From Bacteroidota bacterium (lineage in GTDB: Bacteria > Bacteroidota > Bacteroidia > Bacteroidales > FEN-979): 64,000 bases of DNA. Below the pieces are notes generated by a model, which had not been told where the DNA came from, ran no database searches, and worked only from the letters and a program-made list of their open reading frames with translations. Below, in pieces: positions 38,240-47,138 of this stretch. How positions within the stretch are numbered: the first letter of the stretch is position 1; the number at the start of each line of letters is the position of its first letter. Location: NCBI GenBank assembly GCA_037137455.1, contig JBAXKG010000001.1:418-64417 (forward strand). The letters run 5' to 3'. The translations under genes and the position numbers were made by a program.

Positions 38240-38996
38240 AGAGTCTGTCATAGGCAAGCTTCACAAAATCAGGTATCTCCCTGCTCACCTCCTGATAAGT
38301 TCCCATTTGATGACTGATATGGGTCAGGAAGCCTTGTTCTGGCTTTAATTCGCATAATAATGCTATCGCTTCCTCAAGATTAAAGTGGGAATAGTGTTTT
38401 TGTCTTCTCAGAGCATTGATTACTATAATTTTAGAACCTTGAATTTTTTCCTTTTCTTTTTCGGAAATATTTACTGCATCAGTAATATAAGTGAAATCCT
38501 TAATTCGAAAGCCGAAAACAAATTTATTGCTATTATAATGCAGCGCCCTGATTGGAATAATCTTTAGCCCATTGAGCATGAATGGCTTGTTCGTTATGCA
38601 ATGTAGTACTATCTCCGGGACACCCGGATAAGGATTCGTTTCGAATGCATATGAGAATTCAAGTCTTATTAACCGCTGAACATCTTGAGAAGCGAAGACA
38701 TCAGCAGGTCGATGGTTAATATAATTGAATGCTCTTACATCATCCAGTCCCCCAAGGTGATCCTTATGTCCATGAGTCACCAGAATTGCATCAATTGATC
38801 GGATATTTTCCCGTAGCATCTGCTGACGAAAATCGGGTCCGCAATCCACAATGATCCGTTGTTCGTCAGTTTCAATCGAAATTGAAGAACGGAGTCGTCT
38901 GTCATGATCATCATCCGATTTGCAAACTTTGCATTCACAAGCTATTACTGGCACTCCCTGCGATGTTCCTGTACCTAGAAAAGTTACTTTCATCAT
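38226..38996 (-). CDS. MBL-fold metallo-hydrolase (PhnP-like)
   Basis: 256 aa with HGHKDHLGG (HxHxDH) and an N-terminal CxxC cluster CECKVCKS. Its 3' end overlaps the convergent SBP gene by 14 nt. Confidence 0.85.
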   Translation of the reverse strand: MMKVTFLGTGTSQGVPVIACECKVCKSDDDHDRRLRSSISIETDEQRIIVDCGPDFRQQMLRENIRSIDAILVTHGHKDHLGGLDDVRAFNYINHRPADVFASQDVQRLIRLEFSYAFETNPYPGVPEIVLHCITNKPFMLNGLKIIPIRALHYNSNKFVFGFRIKDFTYITDAVNISEKEKEKIQGSKIIVINALRRQKHYSHFNLEEAIALLCELKPEQGFLTHISHQMGTYQEVSREIPDFVKLAYDRLSITF

Positions 38997-39010
38997 TACC
39001 CAATTTGAAA

Positions 39011-39018
39011 CAAAGATA
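39011..39018 (-). promoter_or_regulatory. candidate -7 element (TATCTTTG on minus strand)
   Basis: The plus-strand CAAAGATA lies 14 nt upstream of the MBL gene start. Confidence 0.45.
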
Positions 39019-39154
39019 AGAGGTATTGGCTATTTTAATTAATTTGCAGTAATTACAAAATTTAATATCGTTAGTAATATTCAGAATACTTTGAGCGGTT
39101 CCTCTGCGTTTGTAAGTTATTCAGTTGTGAGTTGTAAGGTTCATCAGGAATCAT

Positions 39155-39162
39155 TAACTTTG
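39155..39162 (+). promoter_or_regulatory. candidate -7 element (TAACTTTG)
   Basis: It lies 34 nt upstream of the ATG at 39197. Confidence 0.45.
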
Positions 39163-39196
39163 CATATCCGTCTAAATGAATACTTAACTGCAAATT

Positions 39197-39751
39197 ATGT
39201 TTGGTAACATTAGGATCAAAATTGGCCGGTATTATTTCAAAAAGGAAAAATTGAAGACTTCATGTCATCGTCAGATGACTAATCTTCTGGAGGCCCAGCG
39301 AATTGGTATTTTATATACACTTGATGATGTACCTGATTATGAGCGTGTTTCTGACTTCGTTTCTCAGTTGCAAAGTGACAATAAAGAGGTGAAGGCATTA
39401 GGATTTGTGAAAAACAAAAATCTGGTACAGCGGTTTTTACCCAAATTATCCTACGATTTTTTCTCTAAACGTGATCTCACCTGGTTTTATAAACCTATCC
39501 ACGCACAAGTGAGGGATTTTATTGATAAAGAATTTGATCTTCTGATTGATCTGAGTATGCAGGATAATTTTCCATTAAAATATATTGCAGGCCTTTCAAA
39601 TGCAATGCTTCGAGTGGGGAAATATTCTGAAGAAAATACGCAGTATTATGATCTTATGATAGATACCTCAAGTACAATGACTTCCGATGAATATCTTGGA
39701 CAAATTCGACATTATCTCACTATTATAAATTGTGATGCGAAAAGGCTATAA
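39197..39751 (+). CDS. conserved-hypothetical-type protein upstream of dapA
   Basis: 184-aa ORF with its own -7 motif and a 20-nt overlap with dapA. I recognised no catalytic motif. Confidence 0.5.
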   Translation: MFGNIRIKIGRYYFKKEKLKTSCHRQMTNLLEAQRIGILYTLDDVPDYERVSDFVSQLQSDNKEVKALGFVKNKNLVQRFLPKLSYDFFSKRDLTWFYKPIHAQVRDFIDKEFDLLIDLSMQDNFPLKYIAGLSNAMLRVGKYSEENTQYYDLMIDTSSTMTSDEYLGQIRHYLTIINCDAKRL

Positions 39752-40628
39752 CAAATTCAAGGGAACGGGTGTTGCCATTATTACTCCCTTTACAAAATTA
39801 GAAACAATTGATTTTGAGGCATATGAAAGAGTCATTAATCATTTAATTCAAGGTGGCGTCGATTTCATTGTAACCCTTGGAACTACAGGAGAGGCTTCAA
39901 CAATTTCAAAGAATGAAAAAAAGGCGCTGATTGAATTTTCAGTCAAGACGATAAATAAACGGGTTCCTTTGGTTGTAGGTATCGGTGGGAATTGCACCTC
40001 CGACGTTGTTTTGGCAATACACGGTTCGCCTCTTAAGGGTGTTGATGCCATACTTTCGGTTTGCCCATATTATAACAAACCACAGCAAGAGGGAATTTAC
40101 CAGCATTTTAAAATAATTGCTGAAGCAAGCCCTGTTCCGGTCATTATTTATACTGTACCAGGAAGGACCAGTAGTAACATCAACGCAACCACTACTTTAC
40201 GGCTTGCCAACGATTGCCAGAATATTGTCGGTATTAAAGAGGCTTCAGGGAATTTTGACCAGATTTTTCAAGTGCTTAAAAACCGGCCTGACGATTTTTT
40301 AGTTTTATCAGGAGATGATGCTTTAACCTTGCCACTTATTTCTGCGGGAGCTGACGGCGTGATATCTGTCACGGCAAATGCATACCCAAAAGAATTTTCA
40401 GAAATGGTCAGGTTAGGACTTTCAGGTGATTTCAAACAAGCAAGAACGATCCATTATAAACTCATTGATTTTATCAACGCTTTATTCGTTGATGGAAGCC
40501 CTGCGGGAATTAAATCAGCCCTTGAGATTAAACAACTTTGCAATAGTTATACCAGGCTGCCACTTGTTCAGGTTAACCAGGAGGTTTATAAACTAATTAA
40601 TAAACTCATTAATCAACTCGAAAAATAG
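39732..40628 (+). CDS. dapA: 4-hydroxy-tetrahydrodipicolinate synthase
   Basis: 298 aa with GTGVAIITPF, GTTGE and the Schiff-base lysine context VGIKEASG. Confidence 0.95.
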   Translation: MMRKGYNKFKGTGVAIITPFTKLETIDFEAYERVINHLIQGGVDFIVTLGTTGEASTISKNEKKALIEFSVKTINKRVPLVVGIGGNCTSDVVLAIHGSPLKGVDAILSVCPYYNKPQQEGIYQHFKIIAEASPVPVIIYTVPGRTSSNINATTTLRLANDCQNIVGIKEASGNFDQIFQVLKNRPDDFLVLSGDDALTLPLISAGADGVISVTANAYPKEFSEMVRLGLSGDFKQARTIHYKLIDFINALFVDGSPAGIKSALEIKQLCNSYTRLPLVQVNQEVYKLINKLINQLEK

Positions 40629-40629
40629 T

Positions 40630-42363
40630 ATGAAACAGTTCATGCTTGCCATTCTGGTTATTTGCCTGATTTCTTTATCAACAATCATCGAGGCACAAAA
40701 CTCTAGCCGACTTTCCCTTGATAGTCTCTTTAATGATAAAGGTGAGGTTTATTTTAAATTTTCAATTCAGAATCGAGATGATATACACATGCTTACACAA
40801 GTTATCTCAATTGACAATGTAAGGGGTTCTGAAGTATTTGCCTATGCCAATAGAAAGGAATTTACTGAGTTTCTTCTATTAAATCTTACCTTCACGATTC
40901 TTCCTAATCCGGGAACCCTTTTGAGTGAATTTGAACTTAACCCGTTTTCAGCAAATGATTTGCCAAAAGACAGGACACAGTGGAATTTTTATCCCTCTTA
41001 TCAGCAATACATTGATTACATGGTTGGTTTTGCCTTGGCAAACCCTGGTATCTGCAGACTTGATACTGTGGGAATTTCTACTCAGGGGCGATTAATACTT
41101 GCGGTGAAGATCAGTGATAATGTTGGCCGGGAGGAAGCAGAACCTCAATTTCTTTATACCTCTACAATGCATGGTGATGAAACCACGGGATATGTGCTGA
41201 TGCTCCATCTTATTGATTATTTATTATCGAATTACGGGTTAGATACAACGGTGACAAGGCTGGTAAATTCAACTGAAATTTTCATCAATCCCCTTGCAAA
41301 TCCTGATGGTACATATCATGGCGGAAATAATTCAGTATATGGGGCTACACGTTATAACGCCAACTATATTGATCTAAACCGCAATTTCCCGGATCCTAAA
41401 ACAGGTCAGCATCCCGATGGCAATCCATGGCAGGCTGAAACAGAGGCATGGATGACCTATGCAGGGAATAATCATTTTTCGATGAGTGCAAATTTTCATG
41501 GTGGGGCAGAGGTTTTTAACTTTCCATGGGATACATGGTATAAATTGAATGCAGATGATAATTGGTGGCATTTCATTGGCCGTGAATGGGCAGATACAGT
41601 TCATAAAAATGGAATTCCTGGATATTTTACATTTCTTGATAACGGGATAACCAACGGTTATGCCTGGTATGAAGTTAATGGTGGCAGGCAGGATTATATG
41701 AATTATTGGCATCAATGCCGAGAAGCTACTGTAGAAATATCCGATGTCAAATTGCTTCCAGCCAGTCAATTGATTTCATTCTGGAACTATAACTACCATT
41801 CATTTCTGAACTACATCGAACAATCGAATTTTGGTTTCAATGGGATTATCTCGGATACAGTTACAGGCGAACCGATTGTTGCCAAGGTATTTATTCCATT
41901 GCTTGATAAAGATAATTCGGAAGTTTACTCACGCCTGCCTTCTGGGTTTTATGCCCGGCCGATTTTTGAAGGACTCTATAATGTTACATTTTGGGCGCCA
42001 GGATATTATACAAAAACAATAGAAAACGTAAGTATTTCAAAATGGACAACAACAAACCTTGATATTAAACTCAGGCCATTAGCTTATGATGTTCGGGACA
42101 AAGTAACCCGTGCTAAGCTGGTTTATCCTAACCCTTCTGATGGACATTTCCGGCTTATTTTACCAGAAAACGCGATCGTAACACCATGCTCTTTTCAAGT
42201 AATAAACACAATGGGGTCTGTTGTTTATTCTGCGGAAATCAACATCATGACTGGGTCATCGACAATCGATCTCGACATTTCAAACCTTCCTGGCGGCCTG
42301 TATTTATTAAAATTTATTTCAGGGGACCTTACATATTCAGATAAGCTGATAATAAAGCGGTAA
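40630..42363 (+). CDS. M14 family zinc carboxypeptidase with T9SS C-terminal sorting domain
   Basis: 577 aa with a signal peptide and zinc motif STMHGDETTG. The C-terminal part (about 80 aa: VYPNPSDGHFRL...GLYLLKF...KLIIKR) looks like a Por/T9SS CTD. Confidence 0.85.
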   Translation: MKQFMLAILVICLISLSTIIEAQNSSRLSLDSLFNDKGEVYFKFSIQNRDDIHMLTQVISIDNVRGSEVFAYANRKEFTEFLLLNLTFTILPNPGTLLSEFELNPFSANDLPKDRTQWNFYPSYQQYIDYMVGFALANPGICRLDTVGISTQGRLILAVKISDNVGREEAEPQFLYTSTMHGDETTGYVLMLHLIDYLLSNYGLDTTVTRLVNSTEIFINPLANPDGTYHGGNNSVYGATRYNANYIDLNRNFPDPKTGQHPDGNPWQAETEAWMTYAGNNHFSMSANFHGGAEVFNFPWDTWYKLNADDNWWHFIGREWADTVHKNGIPGYFTFLDNGITNGYAWYEVNGGRQDYMNYWHQCREATVEISDVKLLPASQLISFWNYNYHSFLNYIEQSNFGFNGIISDTVTGEPIVAKVFIPLLDKDNSEVYSRLPSGFYARPIFEGLYNVTFWAPGYYTKTIENVSISKWTTTNLDIKLRPLAYDVRDKVTRAKLVYPNPSDGHFRLILPENAIVTPCSFQVINTMGSVVYSAEINIMTGSSTIDLDISNLPGGLYLLKFISGDLTYSDKLIIKR

Positions 42364-42365
42364 AA

Positions 42366-43619
42366 TTAAAATTTATCGGCAAGTGCAGGAATTGAACCTA
42401 ATGAGTACTTCCTATTATCCAATTTTTTTCTGACTTCGGCAAAAGCAGCAATTGTCATTTCAACATCTTCAATTGTATGGGCTGCAGTTGGGATCAATCG
42501 GAGCATCATGACACCTTTTGGCACAACAGGATAAATAACCCCGGAACAGAATATACCGTAATTTTCGCGCAGATCGGCAATTACCTGGGTTGCCTCAATC
42601 GTATCACCTTGGAGATATACCGGAGTGACGGGTGACTGTGTTTTACCGATGTCAAATCCCTTTTCCCTTAGTCCGGTTTGCAGGGCTTTAACAATTGTCC
42701 AAAGTTTTTCACGTAATTCAGGGTGGGTGCGTATCATATCAAGACGTTTCAATGATCCAATGACCATTGGGAGCGGAAGAGATTTTGCATAGATCTGTGA
42801 ACGCATATTATAGGTTAATGATTTAATTATACGTTTTTCGGTGGCCACAAATGCTCCGATACCGGCCATGGCTTTTGCGAATGTGCCAAAGTAAACGTCA
42901 ACATCGTCCATTACCTGCTGCTCCTGGCTTGTACCGGCGCCATTTGACCCCATTGTGCCAAATCCATGAGCGTCATCAACCAGAAGTCTGAATCCATACT
43001 TCTCTTTAAATTGAAGAATACCCTTCAAATTACCCAGGTCACCCGGCATTCCAAATACGCCTTCAGTAATGACCAGTATTCCACCATTTGTTGAATCAGC
43101 TACTTTTCTGGCATGCTTGATCTGAATTTCAAAATTTTCAAGGTTATTGTGTTTAAAAACAAATCTCTTACCAAGGTGCAACCGCAAACCATCGAGTATA
43201 CATGCGTGGGATTCAGAATCATAAACAACAACGTCATGCCTGTCGAGCATTGAATCAATTATTGAAACCATACCCATGTACCCGTAATTTAAAAGGTAAG
43301 ATGCCTCTTTATTCTCAAAAGCAGCGAGTTCCCGTTCGAGTTGCTCATGGTACTTCGTTTGGCCCGACATCATGCGTGCGCCCATAGGGGCAGCTAACCC
43401 AAACTGAGCAGATGCATCAGTATCTGCTTTTCTGATTTCAGGGTGATTCGCTAATCCCAGGTAATTATTCAGACTCCAAACAAGCACAGGTTTACCCCTG
43501 AAATACATACGGTTAGAAATTTCACCTTCAAGTTTCGGAAAAGAAAAATAACCGAAGCCTTGATCTGCATATTGGCCCAATGGCCCCATGTTGCGCGCAA
43601 CTTTTTCAAAAATATCCAC
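42366..43619 (-). CDS. alpha-oxoamine synthase family PLP enzyme (KBL / BioF / serine-palmitoyltransferase-like)
   Basis: 417 aa with DDAHGFG and PLP-lysine context GTFAKAMAG. The substrate cannot be assigned from sequence alone. Confidence 0.85.
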   Translation of the reverse strand: MDIFEKVARNMGPLGQYADQGFGYFSFPKLEGEISNRMYFRGKPVLVWSLNNYLGLANHPEIRKADTDASAQFGLAAPMGARMMSGQTKYHEQLERELAAFENKEASYLLNYGYMGMVSIIDSMLDRHDVVVYDSESHACILDGLRLHLGKRFVFKHNNLENFEIQIKHARKVADSTNGGILVITEGVFGMPGDLGNLKGILQFKEKYGFRLLVDDAHGFGTMGSNGAGTSQEQQVMDDVDVYFGTFAKAMAGIGAFVATEKRIIKSLTYNMRSQIYAKSLPLPMVIGSLKRLDMIRTHPELREKLWTIVKALQTGLREKGFDIGKTQSPVTPVYLQGDTIEATQVIADLRENYGIFCSGVIYPVVPKGVMMLRLIPTAAHTIEDVEMTIAAFAEVRKKLDNRKYSLGSIPALADKF

Positions 43620-43667
43620 GTTCAGAATGAATTAAGTTATACAATAGTTGATTGATTTATCAGGTTG

Positions 43668-43675
43668 CAAAAGTA
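43668..43675 (-). promoter_or_regulatory. candidate -7 element (TACTTTTG on minus strand)
   Basis: The plus-strand CAAAAGTA lies 48 nt upstream of the start at 43619. Confidence 0.4.
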
Positions 43676-43761
43676 CCAAAAAACAAATACTTTTTTAAGC
43701 TAGTACCCGTTAGTAAGTGGTATTATTATGATATTTACATCAAAAGTTGTAAATTTGTGCC

Positions 43762-44622
43762 ATGAAATATAATGCCCTCTTATTAATAGCATTCAGCTTG
43801 CTTCTTTCATTTTCATCCTGTAAATTTCAAAAAATCCTAAAGAGTGGTTCAATCGATGAAAAATATGAAAAGGCGATCAAATTGTATGAACAAAAAGACT
43901 TTTCCCGCGCACTTCAGCTTTTCGACCAGCTGACAGGGGCAATGCGTGCTACTGAAAAGTCACAGAAAATAGCTTATTACTACGCTTTTTGCTATTACCA
44001 TCAAAAAGATTTTACGATGGCATCCTATTACTTTAAACGCTATACGAGTAATTATCCAAGTGCTCCGGAAGCAGAAGAATGTATGTTCATGAGCGCCTAT
44101 TGTAATTTTATGAATTCACCGGAATATAGTCTTGACCAAACGGTTACATATGATGCCCTGAAAGATTTGCAATTATTCACCAACACTTATCCGACCAGCA
44201 AAAGGGTTTCAGAATGTAACGATTTAATGGATAAATTAAGGATTAAGCTTGAAATGAAAGATTATCGGATATGTAAATTATATTACAGGATGGAAGATTA
44301 TGCTGCTGCCATTCAGGGCTTGAATAATATTCTCAAGGAATATCCGGATACACCGCACAAGGAAGAAATTCTTTTCCTGGTGTTTAAATCCTATCATAAA
44401 TTCGCTAAAGAAAGTATCGAGGAAAAGAAGAAGGATAGACATATTAAAGCAGTCAGTTCCTATAATGAATTTGTTTCCCAGTTCCCGGAAAGTACTTTTT
44501 TACCAGAAGCCAATGAGATGAAAGCTCGAACGAAAAAAGAGCTGGAGGCCATGTATAACAGGGATCAAAAGAAAATTAATCAGGAAAGTACTAATATTCA
44601 AACATTAAAAACAACAAAGTGA
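43762..44622 (+). CDS. bamD: outer membrane protein assembly factor BamD
   Basis: 286 aa with lipobox FSSC and TPR-like helices. It sits upstream of rpoZ-coaBC, as in other Bacteroidota. Confidence 0.8.
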   Translation: MKYNALLLIAFSLLLSFSSCKFQKILKSGSIDEKYEKAIKLYEQKDFSRALQLFDQLTGAMRATEKSQKIAYYYAFCYYHQKDFTMASYYFKRYTSNYPSAPEAEECMFMSAYCNFMNSPEYSLDQTVTYDALKDLQLFTNTYPTSKRVSECNDLMDKLRIKLEMKDYRICKLYYRMEDYAAAIQGLNNILKEYPDTPHKEEILFLVFKSYHKFAKESIEEKKKDRHIKAVSSYNEFVSQFPESTFLPEANEMKARTKKELEAMYNRDQKKINQESTNIQTLKTTK

Positions 44623-44960
44623 CTATGGATTATAAAAAGGTAAAAACGGATGTTCACGCAGTGACCCGAAATATTGAAGATTTTACGGTTGGGACAAATA
44701 ATATGTATGAGACAGTTGCTGTCATTTCCAAACGGGCTAACCAGATTGGTCTTGAAATAAAGGAAGAACTTAACCAGAAGTTATCTGAATTTGCCACGAC
44801 TACCGATAACCTGGAAGAAATTTTCGAAAATCGCGAACAGATTGAGATTGCCAAATATTATGAACATCTTCCAAAACCAACATTGATTGCGATTCATGAA
44901 TATTTAAACAGCGAGGTTTATTTTCGCAACCCACATAAGGAAAGACCTGAGGATTTTTAA
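44619..44960 (+). CDS. rpoZ: DNA-directed RNA polymerase subunit omega-like protein
   Basis: 113 aa with a 4-nt overlap with bamD. The assignment rests on synteny and the RpoZ/Rpb6-like helix region VAVISKRANQIGLEIKEEL. Confidence 0.6.
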   Translation: MTMDYKKVKTDVHAVTRNIEDFTVGTNNMYETVAVISKRANQIGLEIKEELNQKLSEFATTTDNLEEIFENREQIEIAKYYEHLPKPTLIAIHEYLNSEVYFRNPHKERPEDF

Positions 44961-44977
44961 TCCAATTTTAACAAATT

Positions 44978-46171
44978 ATGTTAAAGGGCAAAAAGATCGT
45001 TGTTGGAATTACCGGAAGTATCGCGGCCTATAAGATACCTTTCTTTGTAAGATTGCTTGTCAGGAGTGGTGCAGAAGTACGCGTAATCATGACCCCTTCG
45101 GCAGCAGATTTTGTCACACCCCTTACACTGGCAACACTTTCAATGCATGCGGTGATAGTAGATCCATTTAAAGCAAACAGCGGAGAGTGGAATAACCATG
45201 TTGAACTAGGGCAATGGGCTGATGCAATGGTATTTGCGCCTGTAACTGCTAATACATTAGGTAAGATGTCTAATGGTATTGCAGATAACTTTGTAGTAAC
45301 TGCTTACCTTTCTGCAAAATGTCCCGTTTTTATTGCTCCTGCAATGGATCTTGATATGTATGGCCACCCATCGACCCAAAACAATATTAAAATCCTAAAA
45401 TCTTATGGAAATATCATAATTGAACCCCAGGTTGGTGAATTGGCCAGCGGTTTGTCAGGTCCAGGTCGCCTTGAAGAACCTGAAATGATACTAAATATCC
45501 TCGAAGATTTCTTTGCAGCCCCGCAGGTTCTGAATAAAAAAAAAATCCTGGTAACGGCAGGTCCTACTTACGAAAAAATTGACCCTGTTCGTTATATCGG
45601 TAATTATTCAACCGCCCAAATGGGATTTTGTCTCGCTGGTGAAGCTGCAAAAAGAGGAGCTTGCGTTACATTAATTACTGGTCCTACATATTTAGTCACT
45701 GATATTCCTGGCATAAAAAGAGTCGATGTTGAATCAGCTGAAGATATGTATGAAGCCTGCATGATTGAAGCGCCCCATGCCGATATTGTTATCATGGCTG
45801 CGGCAGTTTCAGATTATACTTTTATGAAGAAATCAACAGTCAAAATGAAAAAGAGTTCATTCCCTGTAAGCCTCGAACTCTTTCCGACCAGGGACATATT
45901 AAAGGAAATCGGTAAGAATAAAAGGAAAGATCAGATTTTGGTCGGATTTGCAATGGAGACAGACAATGAATTGGAAAATGCCCATCAGAAATTAAAAAAT
46001 AAGAATCTTGACTATATTGTTCTTAATTCATTGAATGAAAAAGGCGCCGGCTTTGGACTTGAAACCAATAAAATTACTATTATTGACAAGCACGGACATA
46101 TTCAACACGGATTTTTAAAAACCAAGCAGGAAGTTGCTTCGGATATTCTTGATATAATTTCTGCAATCTAA
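44978..46171 (+). CDS. coaBC: bifunctional phosphopantothenoylcysteine decarboxylase / phosphopantothenate-cysteine ligase
   Basis: 397 aa. The N-terminal flavoprotein domain has GITGSIAAYK and the C-terminal CoaB domain has ILVTAGPTYEKIDPVRYIGNYS. Confidence 0.95.
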   Translation: MLKGKKIVVGITGSIAAYKIPFFVRLLVRSGAEVRVIMTPSAADFVTPLTLATLSMHAVIVDPFKANSGEWNNHVELGQWADAMVFAPVTANTLGKMSNGIADNFVVTAYLSAKCPVFIAPAMDLDMYGHPSTQNNIKILKSYGNIIIEPQVGELASGLSGPGRLEEPEMILNILEDFFAAPQVLNKKKILVTAGPTYEKIDPVRYIGNYSTAQMGFCLAGEAAKRGACVTLITGPTYLVTDIPGIKRVDVESAEDMYEACMIEAPHADIVIMAAAVSDYTFMKKSTVKMKKSSFPVSLELFPTRDILKEIGKNKRKDQILVGFAMETDNELENAHQKLKNKNLDYIVLNSLNEKGAGFGLETNKITIIDKHGHIQHGFLKTKQEVASDILDIISAI

Positions 46172-46183
46172 ATTTGTTCAGTC

Positions 46184-47098
46184 ATGTTAAGCTATAAAGC
46201 TTCTTTGATAACCTTCCTGTATATTTTTTCCATTGTCAGAATGAATGCACAGGAGTTGAACTGCATGGTTAGTGTTTCCACACCTAAGATAGAAGGAACA
46301 GACAGAAGAGTGTTTGAAACCTTGCAAACTGCTATGTATGAATTTATTAACAATCGCAAGTGGACCAATTTCAATGTTGCCGCAGAAGAACGGATTGAAT
46401 GCACTTTTTTGCTGACAATTAACGATCGTTTGAGTACAGATGAGTTTCGGGGTACTTTGAATGTAGTTCTTCGCCGGCCAGTGTTCAATTCAGCCTACAA
46501 TACTGTCCTTTTAAACTATATTGATAAGGGAATTCAATTTAAATACGTTGAATATCAGCCTCTTGATTATTCTGACGGATCTTTTACATCTAATCTTACT
46601 TCGCTGCTGGCATATTATTCTTATACAGTTCTTGGATTTTATTTTGATTCATTTTCTCCCAGTGGCGGAACTCCGTTTTTTGAAAAAGCACAGGAGGTAG
46701 TAAATGCTGCTCAAAATTCTTCGGAACCCGGATGGAAAGCATTTGAAAGCGACAAAAACCGGTGGTGGCTTGTAAATAATTATCTGAATCCGGCTAATTC
46801 AGGACTGAGAGATTTTGCATACGGTTACAACCGGCAGGGACTGGATATGATGTATGAAAAAGTAGACCAGGGCAGGGCAAGTATTACCCAGGGAATTGAT
46901 GTTCTTCAAAAGATCTATAATTTGAAACCTAACTTGTTTGCATTGCAACTTATTTACGATGCAAAACGGGATGAAATAATCAATATCTATAGTGATCAGA
47001 GGGTTCCTCCTATGGAAAAAACAAATGTTGTTAATATTCTAAAGGAAATTGACCCTTCAAACAGCTCGAAATACCAAGTCATCCTAGATTCGAAATAG
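46184..47098 (+). CDS. DUF4835 family protein (secreted)
   Basis: 304 aa with a signal peptide. It sits between coaBC and recN, where I remember DUF4835 genes lying in Bacteroidota. Confidence 0.6.
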   Translation: MLSYKASLITFLYIFSIVRMNAQELNCMVSVSTPKIEGTDRRVFETLQTAMYEFINNRKWTNFNVAAEERIECTFLLTINDRLSTDEFRGTLNVVLRRPVFNSAYNTVLLNYIDKGIQFKYVEYQPLDYSDGSFTSNLTSLLAYYSYTVLGFYFDSFSPSGGTPFFEKAQEVVNAAQNSSEPGWKAFESDKNRWWLVNNYLNPANSGLRDFAYGYNRQGLDMMYEKVDQGRASITQGIDVLQKIYNLKPNLFALQLIYDAKRDEIINIYSDQRVPPMEKTNVVNILKEIDPSNSSKYQVILDSK

Positions 47099-47138
47099 AA
47101 AATAAAGTCTAAGTCAGATTTTATTCAAATGGTACCCG

